NCBI GenBank assembly: GCA_024704765.1
Contig: JAKMXF010000222.1
Location: 1,740,400-1,804,399 of the forward strand
Origin: Oopsacas minuta
Taxonomy: Eukaryota > Animalia > Porifera
Reading direction: 5' to 3'
DNA length: 64,000 nucleotides
Of the stretch, positions 23,021-36,693 are shown one piece after another. Both the position numbers and the translations under genes were made by a program. The stretch's first letter is position 1. Each line of letters opens with the position of its first letter. Under the pieces are notes generated by a model. The model was not told the DNA's origin. It made no database searches and saw only the letters and a program-made list of their open reading frames with translations.

Positions 23021-26000
23021 TTAGCAAGCTGTCGTGTCAGTGACTGAGGACGTACTAGGAGGACTTGAGCTATCAGTGGTAGCGGGGAGGATGCAAACCA
23101 TTGAGTTCATTAACGGGTTATAGGTGAGAAGCGGCTGGGTGTATTTTATATCAGGGATTACTACTGTTTGGAAACCGGGGAGATTAAACGAGGGAGCTAG
23201 TATATAGCCTGCTGGTAGACCAGATAGTGAGTTTGATGTGACAGTTGGTATGCTAGTTGTTGTGATAGTAGTCGGGTATACATTGTCAATGACAGTAGAC
23301 TTGGTGTCAGAAGATGAAGACTCTGTTAAAGAAGATTCTGGGAGTTGAGTAGACATCTGGTTAACAGAAGAAGCACAGGAAGAACATTTAGGATTATATT
23401 TAGTATATGACTGTTTGTTTAGAAAGGGTAGAGACTCCAAATTGAATCTGTAAACATAACGCTGTCCTTGTACTTTATACATAATCTTCTTGTCGTAATA
23501 ATAACGAATAGCTCTGCTCAGTTTATCGTAGTTCATATTTGGTTTCCTCTTCCTTTCGCCCCATTTGCGTGATACCTCATCTGGGTTCAATAATTTGAAT
23601 TCTCCATTGTTGCCGGCCCATTTAATGATGTGTGAATTCTTCTCATCATTCAGCAGTTCCAGGAGAAATTGCCATAGCTGCACATGACCTAGAAGCCAAT
23701 ATAATATAAAACTCTAATGAAATGACACAAATGAATTCTAACAATGCAATTAAATCTCTAGTTACGGGAAATAGCAAAGAAATGTGTGATATCGCTAAAA
23801 CGCTAAACTACTAAAATACATATTAGCTACAAGTTGTTAGGAAAGTTATTTTAAGACGAATATATGTAATGAGATTGGAAACATGCTTAATTTTAGATGT
23901 CAGGATAAACTATGAAGTCACAAGTAAATTATGTCTACATATGTCCAAATAAGATGACGATTCATCAACAACTATAAATCATACTAGTACAATAATCATC
24001 GTGTTACGAATATGTAAGCAAAACCCTGTAGAAATAGAGAGATTACGTAGTATAATGGCTACATTTCCGGAAGAACTACAGAACGCGGAGGAAGCAAATC
24101 ATATTTTTAGATTACTCGTAAGAATTCAATTAAGAAATCCGATATTCCTGTGAGACAGAGGAAACGAATGATGTTGACGATCTGAATAATGATTATAACA
24201 ATTAATAGATTTATTCCTAGGAGGATGTGTTCATATAGATAAGCAGCTTAATCAGGACAGATGGCTTCTAACGTATTGCACAACCCAGTTGTGCATTCTT
24301 AATTATTGTCATCGCAATACGTCGCTACAATATAAGCTACTCACCTCCGTTACTAGATGACCATGAATGAATACATTCTCCTGAATCTTCGCTGCTAATG
24401 AGGTTGTTGTAGCTGTTTCTTGTTAGGTTATGACAGCTCTCAGGGGAGTCAGCGTTTGCTCCAGTCTGAGGTGGTGTTGTAGAAATAGGACAGTAGTAAT
24501 ATTCACCAAATTCCTGCTTCACTTCGAGATTATCTGTAGTTGCAGGATCCATAGATTTGATAATTTTAGTGTCAGTAGATTCTGGAGAGTTGTAAGGCAA
24601 GTGAATGTTGAAAGGGGGTGGAGAGGGGTCCTCAGATGTCACGTTAATTTCTACTGAGTAAGGAGTCGGACTAATCCGTTCCCTGGAATCTGATATTGTA
24701 ACAGTATCACTATCACTAGTGTTATTGCTGTTCAATGTCTGCTCGTTGATTGTGGCTATCGAGTGGTGAGGTTGGAAATTGAGAGGAAATGTATTTGAAT
24801 AATGGAAATTTGGTACCTCGATCGGGCAGAAAGTCCCAAGTTTAGGAGTAATGGGCAATTCAAGCTCCTCTATCGGTTCACTCTTAACCTGAATACTGCT
24901 ATCAGATAAGTTACTGTACTCACAGTCCATCGCATTTGTTCCGTCATCTTCTACGGGGGAAGTTAAGTGGGGGAGAGTTGGAGAAGTGTGAGTGGGTAAA
25001 CTACTAATACCTCGTATAAAAGCATCACTGTTATTAGTCATCATAATTTTATCCCGAGACATGCTTGTGTCTAGTACAGATAGTTGTCCTAACTTAGAAA
25101 CTCTGAATTGAGAAATACCAATAAGAGGAGTGTGATGGGAGAGTCTGTGTTTGTGAGAAGGAGATGTTCCGTGTAGTCTTAATCGCTTTTCAGATTTAAA
25201 CTTGTCACCTACAATATAGCATACACTCATAATATATATTTTTAGATGGTTATGTTATCTTTAGTTCGAATTAGTAATCAAATTATAGTGGCAGCTATGG
25301 TTTATATACTTTTCAAATTGTTAAGCTTCATTGAAAAATGTACTAAAATGTCGGAGGTTATAATATGGACTAAAGTTATTTTTATATTCATTTTGAGATA
25401 ATTCTAAGCCATAAAATTAGTTCCTACTTGCTAAGAAATGAAACAAATCATTATTTTGCATCCATCTAAGGGATGTAAAGTATATAAGGTATTCAATGCA
25501 ATTCAACCAGAAAGTCTGCTTACATCAAGCTAATCGTTATTTCTTTGGCTTTTTTAGGAAAGAGGGTCTTCAAAAGTCTCTAATACAATTTGCAAAGGAA
25601 GTTTGAAGTTGAGTGCAAATAATTTAATCGACCATTTGCGTCAAAAGGAAGAATTTAAAATATTTGAAGACATCCTAAAATTAATTAGCATTTTATATGC
25701 CTCAATTTTAAGAAAAATTCTTATATCATTTCTATAAAAGTAAAAATGAGCGACCTAGAAATAATTTCCAGAATACCACAATGATTGATGCCAGATTCTT
25801 TCTGAAAAATTTAATAGAATACGAAAGAATGTTGATAAGTGGCTCCACTCATGTACCCAGAAGTATGTAATGTAAAGAATTCAGATTGACACAGACATGC
25901 CATTCTTTCAGGAGGCCTCCAAAAATATCTCGTGATTAGATATTCAATTTATAAATCTATTGTATGACACTTTCTACAACTAGATACCATACATTAAGTA

Positions 26001-29000
26001 TAATATATACACATTGAGGTATACGTTGCTACTCCCTCCGAAAACAAATAATTAGAAATATACATAATATAGGAATGCAAAACGGGGCATCAAAATAACC
26101 GCAAATTATAAAAAGTGCTAATTCAATGAAAAAATAATTTCTATATAAATTCTACAGAATTAGGCCAAATCAGTGGGCTTCGCCGATTTATTAATTCTTG
26201 CTCAATTATCCTAAATTCATTTGAGACAATTCGTAGAAATAAATTAGATTTGTCTAGTTGTGAAAAATAAATGTTCCCATAATTAGTCTACTAGTATGTA
26301 TTAAAGTGTCCCAAACGGCAAGTTTTGTTGGCTTGTAAGCTATAACTTGTGATTATCTAAACTACATATAGAGAATAACAAATAACATAACTGCTAATAA
26401 CATCCTAGCAATAATATCCTGGCTAGCGTAAGTGGTCTGCCGGCTGCCTAGAGTATATTAACTAGACAAAACAGATTAGGGAAGTAATATTACTTGTACA
26501 TTTTAATTGCGCCACACACACAAGTTTCCTGTTACACATAAAATTAAAGATCAAACTAACAAACAATGTAGTCAAATTAGTATACAATATGTAACTCAAA
26601 ACAGCTAAGAAATATTAAAAATTATAATATTGAGTTGAAAGGAAATTTATTTGTCAGATTATATTGCTAAAAAGTTGTAAATTGATCAGGAGATATGTGA
26701 GGCAGGAAAATATGCAATAAATCTACTTAAAAGCACCGATCAAGTTCTCTAAGTATTATTAAAGGAAATTGTAGTTCAGAAATTATTGGATAGAGATCAA
26801 GATTTGAAAGAAATATAATCTCAAGGGGGAGTGAATTTAAATTGCAGGAATAATTGTCTATTTATAATAAATATTCGTATTTCCGTGTTTCCTCGATACA
26901 CTAATTCTATGAGCATAAACTGCTGAACTTAGAGAAAGATAATTTATTTCTGTTCAAAAAGATCAAATTAGAAGAAGGCAGTAGATTAATTGCAAATACT
27001 ATTAAGATACTTGTGGAAGAAGTAACGCAACGTATCTCTCAGATTTATACTAAAATAAGATACTAAACTGATTAAGTGATGATAAATCGCAAATTAGCGC
27101 ATAAAATAAGAATAGTGAACCTTCATAATTAATTTGACATATCTTACTTATACATTGCCTGAACAATTGTGGCATAAGTGGCAGATAGCACGAATATGTT
27201 GAATAGCCTGTGGGTATAGCAGAAAAGATAATTAGCTTTCTCAAAGTTGTGATAGTAAAGAATTAATAGGTATTAAAGTGTTCGAAATCATTTCAGTATA
27301 TGAAACTAAAGTGGTATTCATCTTGGTGCCAAATTCCAATTGTAGTTAGGGGTTAGAATACTTTGGCTAGCTCGCGTATAAGTATGTATTAGCTAAGTAG
27401 TATAAATAGAAGATGACTCAGCACTAGTTAATTCTTAATTCATTTTATCTTGATTTCTAATTTCGCAATTCAGAGATATAGCTTAACTACAGTATGCATT
27501 TATTGTGATAACCAAGAAAGTGAATACGATTCATAACTCAACTTCTCGAAACAGAGTGAAAATAAATCGAGCGCATTACTAGTCCATACAAATTAACCTC
27601 CACAAACGGGGTAGCATTTTTGGGAGGCTCTAGCATCCCATTAGTAGAGGTTACACTGTAGTGTAGTAGTTGAATATTGCGAATTTGATTACATAATAAC
27701 AACCATGTGTTTACACAAAATATAGTATATTACATACTTAGCATGTATACACAAACTTAACAGCTCTTTTTTCATGTCATAAGTGTAAATTTCTACCAAT
27801 TTGTTCCTCAATTAGTAACTTCGCATATTAGGAATTGTATAAAAACAAAAGATCCAAGTTAGTAATAAGCAAACTCCATTGTACATAATATAAGGTTAAA
27901 GTAACTCACAGATTTCAAGTTGAGAGATCAGTTAAGTTTATTATTAATAATACAAATAAATCGGATACTTAATTCAATAGATATTTCAAAAGTTGCAATA
28001 CTTATATAATTTACTAAAAATGCATGTAAATTTATACCTGAATGACAAGCCTATAGAATGCTCCATAGTTTATAATAATGGAATTGTGGTTGCATCAGTA
28101 TATCGATCCAGTGACATCCAACTTCCTTCCAGAATAAGATAGCGTGGAAATTTCCCTGAGTGTTCAATCATTGTTCAGAAATTATCAAGTTCGTGTCGCT
28201 TAACTACGCATTGGTGCATGCCATTAGATTTTAAAGCAAAGTTATACCATGCAGAAGATCAATTCATAATATTACGTGTTAAAGTTATATCATGAGGTTT
28301 CTTTTTGTTAAGATAAAAATTATGAACCGTTACTGCTAGGAATTTGATAGGTAGAAATTAAATACAATAAATATTTGACGTTACGCATGAGTACTGATTT
28401 AAGAAGCCATGCTTGGGATAATATAATTCTAATTTTAATATAATAAATAATATAATTTTACTCAGAAATTTGTCACTTAAAATTGGCTTTAGCAACCACC
28501 ATAAATTGATTGATCACAATATGCCAGCAAACTTCAGCACAAGTTAAATAACCAAATAATTGGAAAGAAACCACTTAGATTAGATGATGTAGCAGCATTG
28601 TATTATTCGAAACGAATGAATGTGCTCCACAATACTGTAGTATAAGCTTCAAAGTGAAAAGTTTCACATTTAACAGATTGTAGATATCTTTATCATCTTA
28701 TTAAACCCTTTTTCGCAATAATGATATAATTATTAATTTAATATGATGTCAACCTATCACAAACAGGTGTCATCCAACTACCCAAACCAGTATCATAATA
28801 TAATACTATATGATATAACGTATAGCTATCTCTAGTAAGTGTACTGGCGTTTAGTTTTTCTTGGCCATTTTTTGCTCTAAATATCCTCGCGAATATTAAG
28901 AACAAAAGCATAATTTATCATCTCAATTGGTTACATAGTGAAATAAGGTGTAAACATAGAAAAGTAATCCGGGGGATAAAATAATATATTTATTCACTAG

Positions 29001-29639
29001 TTTGGGTAGGCGCTTATTTAGGGAAATATGCTGGTTTACCAGTCTATGAGAATATAATTGTAGAAGCTTAATTACACATAATCGTTAATAATTTGTATAT
29101 TACAGAAGAACTCGTTAATACGTACACCAAGGGACCGTTGAGATTTGTATTCCTTATCCGGAGTAAAACAATTGAATATCCATTGTACGGACTATAATTA
29201 TGTAAAATTCTGTTCGTAATAAAAGTGTTCGTATTTACGAGGTTTCACTGTATTAAACAAAAAACAAATGCGTGACTTTGGTTTTGTTTTTCCTAATCAA
29301 CAAAACTCAAATAATTCATTAGAATTGTGACAGCAAATATTATAATCTAAATAATATGATAATTACACTTATTTATTTGAAATATCTCATAGCCTCTTTT
29401 TGTTATTATATTGTTTAAAAGTCAATTAATTGCATATAATATGTCTAGCAAACCCTTAATCTACTCTAGACCGTAATAAGGTTTGTAGGTTGAACAGGTT
29501 TGATCATGCATAAACTCATATTGTTAATCAAATTATATTATAATAATATTCATTTTAATAACATGATAACTAGCTTACATTTGGAAAAGTTGAGAGGATT
29601 GGGTTTGTAGCTTAGGAGAGGAATGCTGGGTACTTCCAT
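23021..29639 (-). CDS. ERG/FLI1-like: ERG/FLI1/FEV-group ETS transcription factor, about 530 aa; exons 29639-29579 (tentative first coding exon), 25208-24345, 23688-23021
   Basis: ETS domain [13 protein letters not shown]...NGEFK...[35 protein letters not shown] carries ERG-group hallmarks ([22 protein letters not shown]). The two 3' exons join in phase 1. The first exon is inferred only from a phase-1 GTAAGC donor with an in-frame ATG. Confidence 0.8.
29103..29250. mobile_element. Tc1/mariner-type MITE
   Basis: TA|CAGAAGAACTCGTTAATACG ... CGTATTTACGAGGTTTCACTG|TA terminal inverted repeats; related copy at 34208-34350. Confidence 0.75.
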
Positions 29640-30544
29640 CAATAGGTTTGTGTAATGATATGTTCGGAATTATATTCGAATACTTCCTTGCGATTCTCTA
29701 CAGATGCTTTTATAGGTTGGCTGATTACCAGTCTATATGATAGAGTAAAGTTAATGATAAGCGGAACAATGAAACAGGATATCATTAGACATACTCACTA
29801 AGTGATTATTTCCTAATTAATAATATAATAGATATAGTCAGTGGCAGAACAATGAACGCAATTGTTAATGTATGTATGAAGATAGACAGGATGTTAACAT
29901 TAACTGACTAGTGGACATAATTTAGAGGGATTTATAAGCATAATCATAAGATATATTACACTGTTATGACATCAGAACAATAATTAATTAAGGAAGTAGA
30001 ATATCTGAAAGTATACTTAAATAACCGAGTTCCGTTATAACTATTGCATAATACTTAAAACAATCCAAATGTAAGAGGGTTGTAAGAATAAATAAATATC
30101 AAATTGTGTTGGCAAATGCTTGTATACAAGAAAATTATTTCAAAGTATTGTGTAATTGATGGAATAGATTCATGTTAGGAATTACATGCTACTATCCGTA
30201 CTGTTTATTGTATTGTATTCGCAATATTTATCGGGGATTATTATAATGGTTGCAAAATTGATAAGATTATGTGTATTTATTACTTTAATAGTCTAAACAT
30301 GTCAATCACTGTATTAGGATTGTTCTAGTAGTTTATTTATATGTCGGCGAGAATGTACATTTTAGCAAAGTAGATTGAATTTTAGTTATCTGGCTAGACA
30401 TTTAATAGCGTCAAAATCGAATTCTATGTCCCTGTTTACCCCTATTTAATAAGTGGAAGCTAATCTCTAGGATATTTTTAAAGGTTCATCAAAAGGTGTG
30501 GAAATATGATTAATCATATGATAAATCAATGTGTATGATATAGA

Positions 30545-30660
30545 CGAGCCTTGGCCCGTCGCTTCGCGATGAACTCGCCGCATTGCGCATCGAGGTATTT
30601 AACGGACAAACAAACAAACATACAAACAAACAGACAATCATTGAGATTTAATAATATAGA
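30545..30660 (-). mobile_element. Minimal 116-bp Helitron family A element
   Basis: Minus strand A|TCTATATTATTAAATCTCAA, microsatellite, TCGCGAAGCGA hairpin, ends GGCTCG|T. Confidence 0.82.
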
Positions 30661-33600
30661 TTGATAGAATGTATTGACCAATAGAATTGTAGTCTACATC
30701 AATACAAATACTTCACAGCACTAATTAGATTACATACACTCCACCAGAACTATTTTAAGCATTTATGCCTAATAGCACAATCTGATGGGGCTAAATACAG
30801 AGGTGTCAAAAAAGTGTAAAATATATTCTCAAATGTCAGGTGCACAATTAGATGTCACTATGATTTCGACCTGAATAATTAATTCATAATCTGGCTAAAA
30901 GGAAATTGAAAAAAATGTTGTGTCATGAATACTTTCTTGTCTTACAATATTTTACACTTCCATACCAACCTGGAACTTGAACTATTCCCAATTCTTGCAA
31001 ATAAAGTTGAAATAAATGCAGCTTATGCTCACACAATTTATAAGAAAAAATGATTGACCAAAATACAAATATTCCATATTATATCGATTCTATAACAAAT
31101 ATTTTACCATTAAATGAAATGCTACAAGAGCCCAGTAGAATAGTAGAGCCAATTATCAGCTCAGACAAAGTATGAAGTCAGTGCAATCATGCGAAAATAT
31201 TTTGTTATAATAAAGGAAATCAGCAAATTTAAATTCAAGTATATATTCTGCATTATTACAAATTTACAACCCAAATATCAACAGAGATTGGTTGGTGTAA
31301 CACACACTAATAATTTCTGTAATACAGTTAGATATGAATTATTAAAGGAAAGTGGAAACCGCCTATTAGCAACTTTTACATGGACATAGAGTACAGTTTG
31401 GTATGGGAATTGTGTACAAAATAGCAAAAATTCGCGATTAGCTAAGAAAATTCTTGCAAAATACGACTTACTATTAGGCGTTCCACTGTATTCTGAATTA
31501 TTTGAATATATTTATGCTATCGAAAGTTCAGGTGAACAGAAAGATCTTCGGGAAATGGTTAAGTTGTTAGAGAATTATGCAAACAGCCATATCTGAATCG
31601 CAAGACCGCAGGAATAAGTCTTACGATAAAATACCATGAAAAATGCTCGCTTTTCCATATAGGTATTATAACACTGAAGTGGAAATTTTTGCTATCAGTA
31701 ATTCTCAGAGAAATATAAATAAAGGCTCACAGACTGGATAAATATGAAAGATATACCACAAGTACTTCCGAGTCATATGTTCACTAGACTGAAATAAGGA
31801 TTACGTAACTAGCACTATATTTGGAAATGAGTTGTAATTACAAGAATTTAGTAATAGTGAATTATTCCTATATTTCTACCATGAAATGATGGGTAGCTGA
31901 CCAATCGTAGAGGAACTCAGTGAGAAAGTAATTGCATATGTCAGGGTAAGGTACTGAATCACTGGCAAGCTGTATTCGTGGAAATAACTACGAGAATAAT
32001 CTACTAACATTGATGTTACTTTCTCGCTTGTTCATATGGTATTACGATAACTAGCTCGTGATAGGAAATGTGGAAATTCCTCAGTTGCTCTTCACCATAC
32101 TACCATGTTGATTCTTAAACAATGTAGTTCAAAGAGATTAAACTAAACAAAATTACAAATAATCAATCAGGCAGCCCCTTAATATATTCGAAATACAAAG
32201 AATTACTATGAGAAAGGACCAGTAAGGCTCAGATATAGACAGGGAAGAGCAACATACAGATTACCACATAGTATTGTAATTATCCTGATTTGATACTACG
32301 ATAGAGTATATTTGATAATAGATAGGACAATTATTAGCAGAATTGAAAATCCAGTAAACTCACTTGAATCTGAGATAAATTGTAGTGAAAGTTGAATCTT
32401 TATTGAAGGATATAGAAGGTTAAATTGTGTCAAGCAAATTTATAAAGTTAACTGCATTACATTCAACAATATCTCCTTTATAGAAATCTATGAATTCCTA
32501 AACTGGAATGAATCTTACCTAGTGCAATAATTTGCCTCAAACTTAAGTTATAGAGACTCCATAAACAATGCCTGAATGCTTCCGTTATCATTTGAATGAG
32601 CTTATATTCAAGACTATGATACCGTAGAGTGTAATACTTCTACCAGTGGAAGCAATGACCGTCTGTCTGAATAAGAAGTAATTCTTCCTTCATAGGATGC
32701 ATACTAACTGGTGAGTTAGTAAATAAAGTGAATGAATAGCAATATCCACTGTTATCTAAAGCTGTGAAATTTGGGCATGAGAGAGTACTCAACGATATGA
32801 AGAATGGTATACGTGTAGTTGGAATACACAACTACCCGTACACCATTCTCCATTTAGTTTTTGAAATCGTACAAATATGAATGGTAATTCTCAGTCTAAA
32901 GTAGAAAAGAATTTCATTCATTCAGTAGTGCATTCATTTTAATGTCTATTTCATTCATTAATAGAATATGAATTATTAAATAATATACAATGAATTGTCT
33001 AAACTTCATTAGAATCATTTCTTACTGCCAATAATCTAGTCTACTTTTCGACATACCATGTTTGTGTACAGTGACTTTCGAATATAATTATTGTGTGATT
33101 ATTGTAAACTGTACAACGTTTGTGTACAAATCTGAATGGCGGAACTTTCCTCCTGTAGCTCGAATAGTACGTAAAATACGCTGGACCAACATCCAAGGTA
33201 CAAATGTCTCCCTCCGCGTACTATTCTGACATCATCAATAATAAACAGACAGAATTATCATACAGGTTAGTTCATTTGAGTACTAGGTTAATTTAACAGT
33301 GACAAATACTACAGATAGATACAATACAATAAGCATGTGACAAGATCTGATGTGAGAGCTTCTCCAATATGTCTATAGTGTATACTGATATTTTGATTTT
33401 GAGGTAGGGAAATATTAAGAAATCGCAAATTGTAAAAGAGCTATCGTATACGTAGTAGACCCATAATTTTCCTATTTCTCTACGATCAAATTTCCCGATG
33501 AAATTTACATATTTGAACACAGAAGAGAATTTATGACGTAAGCAAATAAAATAAAGGGAAATCGTATTTTTTCGAGAATCACAAATGAATTTTGGCAGTA

Positions 33601-34207
33601 CGTAAGAATAGGAGGATCTACATGAGAAATAGTACTAAATATCATGTCTGTAAGCGAGACATGACATTTAATACTATTTCTCTTCATTTCCTCGAATTAT
33701 TTACTGTTCCTATGTTGGATTGTCGAACCATTACTTCTCAATCAGTTACACCCAAGTTTTCCTGTTTATACATCTATATATTAGTTGTAAAGAATTAAAC
33801 TTCACGGCCGATACGCCCCCTCCCGAAGGGGTACGACTTATCCGAGTTCTGCTGTATACAACGGCTTATGGAAACAAAAATCAAATCATTTAGTTTCGAA
33901 TAGATCTACACGACCTCAATAATTATTATCATCAAACTCGATACAGATCTAATAAATTATATCAATAATACAATATTGTATAGTAATTTGTATTTAGAGG
34001 GTTTAGGTAGCTAATCTTAGGATGGTCTATCATGCAGGAAATGGTGAGTCACATAATAGATAAGATGTGATTACAATATTTCTACAGAATTTCTATATGT
34101 TATACATAGAATAGCATTAATAGTTATATAAATCGTGATTCTTAGATTATGTATCTAACTTGTAACGATTCGTGTTTGGTTAAGGTTAAGAAGAAGGATG
34201 GCATATA

Positions 34208-34350
34208 CAGTCGAAGCTCGTTAATACCTACAAATTTCTGGATAAGACTACAGTAGATATCCAATTGGTATTACTCCGGTTAATACCAACTCCGGATAAT
34301 GCGAACAAATCTAACCGTCCGTTGCTGTTCGTATTAACGAGGTTCCACTG
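34208..34350. mobile_element. Tc1/mariner-type MITE
   Basis: TA|CAGTCGAAGCTCGTTAATAC ... GTATTAACGAGGTTCCACTG|TA. Confidence 0.78.
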
Positions 34351-35149
34351 TAACTAGATTTATGACATTGAACTGAAAGTACAGAAATAATCTACTATAT
34401 TTTGAATACGAGTATGAAGTTAGCAGCGCGCTGCAGCAGCAAGTTATAGGCATGACTTATCGCATTATATCTCAGTTACCTCTTGGTTAATCGAGATGAA
34501 ATCTCGTATGTAGCATTGTCTCGTGTGGGGCTTTTCTCATATTCAATAATTAATCTCGATCACACCCATTCTTCACACAATGACGTTGCAAATTTTGTAA
34601 TACAAAATCCCCATAGGGAATTTTGAGCACAACTTAACACCTATTATCAGTCAATTTTCCATCAATTCACCTGAAATCTGTTGAGTACTTCAGTCAGGTG
34701 TGAGGCTTTTCTCACATTCAATAATTAATCACGATCACACATAAATCGGAGAAATTTACAATCAATCCTGGAAGAACAATCTATTATGATTTCACAAATT
34801 TAATTATAAGAAGTTAGATTAATGGAATTATCAGTTATTTAAATAACTGATACATTAATTAATAAGATTAATCAAGCATTAAATTAAAACTTACACGGAA
34901 AATAGTATGCATTCTTGTATTGATAATAGGAAATGCTAAATAAAGAATCAGCTAAAGGTTTCAGTAGAATAAAGTTCAAAATTATCGCATTATTTCGGAG
35001 AGAACAAGCTTCTCTATGTGATTAATTAATCATGCTATTAATTAATGTATCCGTTATATCTATCAGTTATACTAAGTGCAATCAAGCTATCGAATCGTGG
35101 CACACTTTGAGCACAAATCATATAGGGAAAGGCCCTGATAGCATGGAAA

Positions 35150-35560
35150 ATGTGTGATGTCTGTACTCCTGTGGGGGTGCTGAGAGATCTAGCATAACGA
35201 ATATTAAAATGATAATTGGTACTTAGGTTCTATTAGGGGTGCAGATTTGCACCTGGTGTATGAATTTCGAAAGTGAAATTTTCATACCTTTTTGGTGATT
35301 AATCATGTTCTCACCTTTCTATGTTAAATCGTGACATGGTAAAATAAAAAAAGATTAGCTTCCAAAGCCTCTTCAGGAGTAATTGGTATGTAGAAGCCAA
35401 TCCTGGGTTCACATATTGTTTATACACATATTTATCATATGATTAATCATATTTTCACGCCTTTGGGCGTATAAATAAAAATGATACTAGAGATTTCATT
35501 GCACGAATAGTCAGGACAATAAATTCGAAAATAAATTCTGAAATAACTCGATGAGTGAAA
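35150..35560 (+). mobile_element. Family B (Helentron/DINE-like) copy, boundaries approximate
   Basis: GGGGTGCAGATTTGCACCTGGTGTATGAATTT...TTGGTGATTAATCATG core homologous to the copies at 6.2, 18.6 and 50.6 kb. Confidence 0.55.
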
Positions 35561-36006
35561 TTCTATCAAAGAAAATTTAGAATGGTAAATAGAATATGAA
35601 CAATAAACTGCCTCCATTTCTAGCATTCTTGAGGGAAAAACACCACCTATACTAATTATCTAAACGAGATATAACAGGCTTCTTCATTATTAGTAATCAA
35701 TATACTAATCACCTACATGTTGTATGGCTTTGGGGCCTCTTGAAGCTGATAGAAAGTTATTTGAAATCAGCCTCCAAATACTGGAGAAACAGTCATATCT
35801 GACAAGACGATATTCTGTCATCTTTCAGAGATGTGTTAGCACTCTTCTTAGATATTTGTTCTATAAGGGTAACACTCCTACCTCGAGGATGATTAAATTT
35901 GATCTTGGCCACGTATGGTGGTCATTTGAATTGAATAGACTGTACAGTACTGTATAGCTTGGTTAGTTCTACCTTGGATAAGAAGTTATTTAAGTTCATT
36001 AATGAA

Positions 36007-36159
36007 TAGTCAACTCAGTTATATCGAAATACCCACTCATATCGAAGTTATAAATTGTACAAATAAATTATCCAAACAGTCAAAGTAACTTATATTCCAT
36101 CGGTTATATAGAAGTAATTATCACGGTCTTTTGAGCTTGGATATGACGAGATTTGGCTG
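36007..36159. mobile_element. Degenerate Tc1/mariner-type MITE
   Basis: (T)AGTCAACTCAGTTATATCG ... GATATGACGAGATTTGGCTG|TA imperfect TIRs. Confidence 0.5.
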
Positions 36160-36693
36160 TAGCTTTAATAAGTACTACCATAGCTATTCACATTATAAAT
36201 CTACGTATAATAATACTATTTAGGTATATTCCATTGGTTAGTAAACAGGTATATATTAACCAATTCTATTCCTGTAATCATTATGTGATTATTTGTGTTA
36301 CGAGCCGAAGGGAATTAAAAGATTTAAACTCATTATTCGAGTAAATACCATATGCTAAAATACAAGCTATCCTGGAATCTTAGCGTATTACGATAGCAGT
36401 AAGTAACAATAACCTCAGGGGACTAGTGACTATACATATTAATAAATATTACTCAATATCACATACACAAGTCCAGCATTATTTCATGACCAACTCAACA
36501 AGTCAACCATTTCAGATGGAAATGATTATAGAGAGTTAACACTTAGTAAAATATAGAAAATACAAGGTAATAGATTGTATACAAATCAGATTCTAACGCA
36601 TTAAAAGGAACAAAACACCAATGGTCGTAGCTTAATGACGTGAGTATGTGATATGACATGATGCGGATGTGAAGAGATATTGGAAGGGGACAG

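Noticed and set aside
31100-33300. Faintly coding-like stretch between the ETS genes
   Set aside because: Stops in all frames every 20-60 codons, no recognisable motif, no consistent exon chain.
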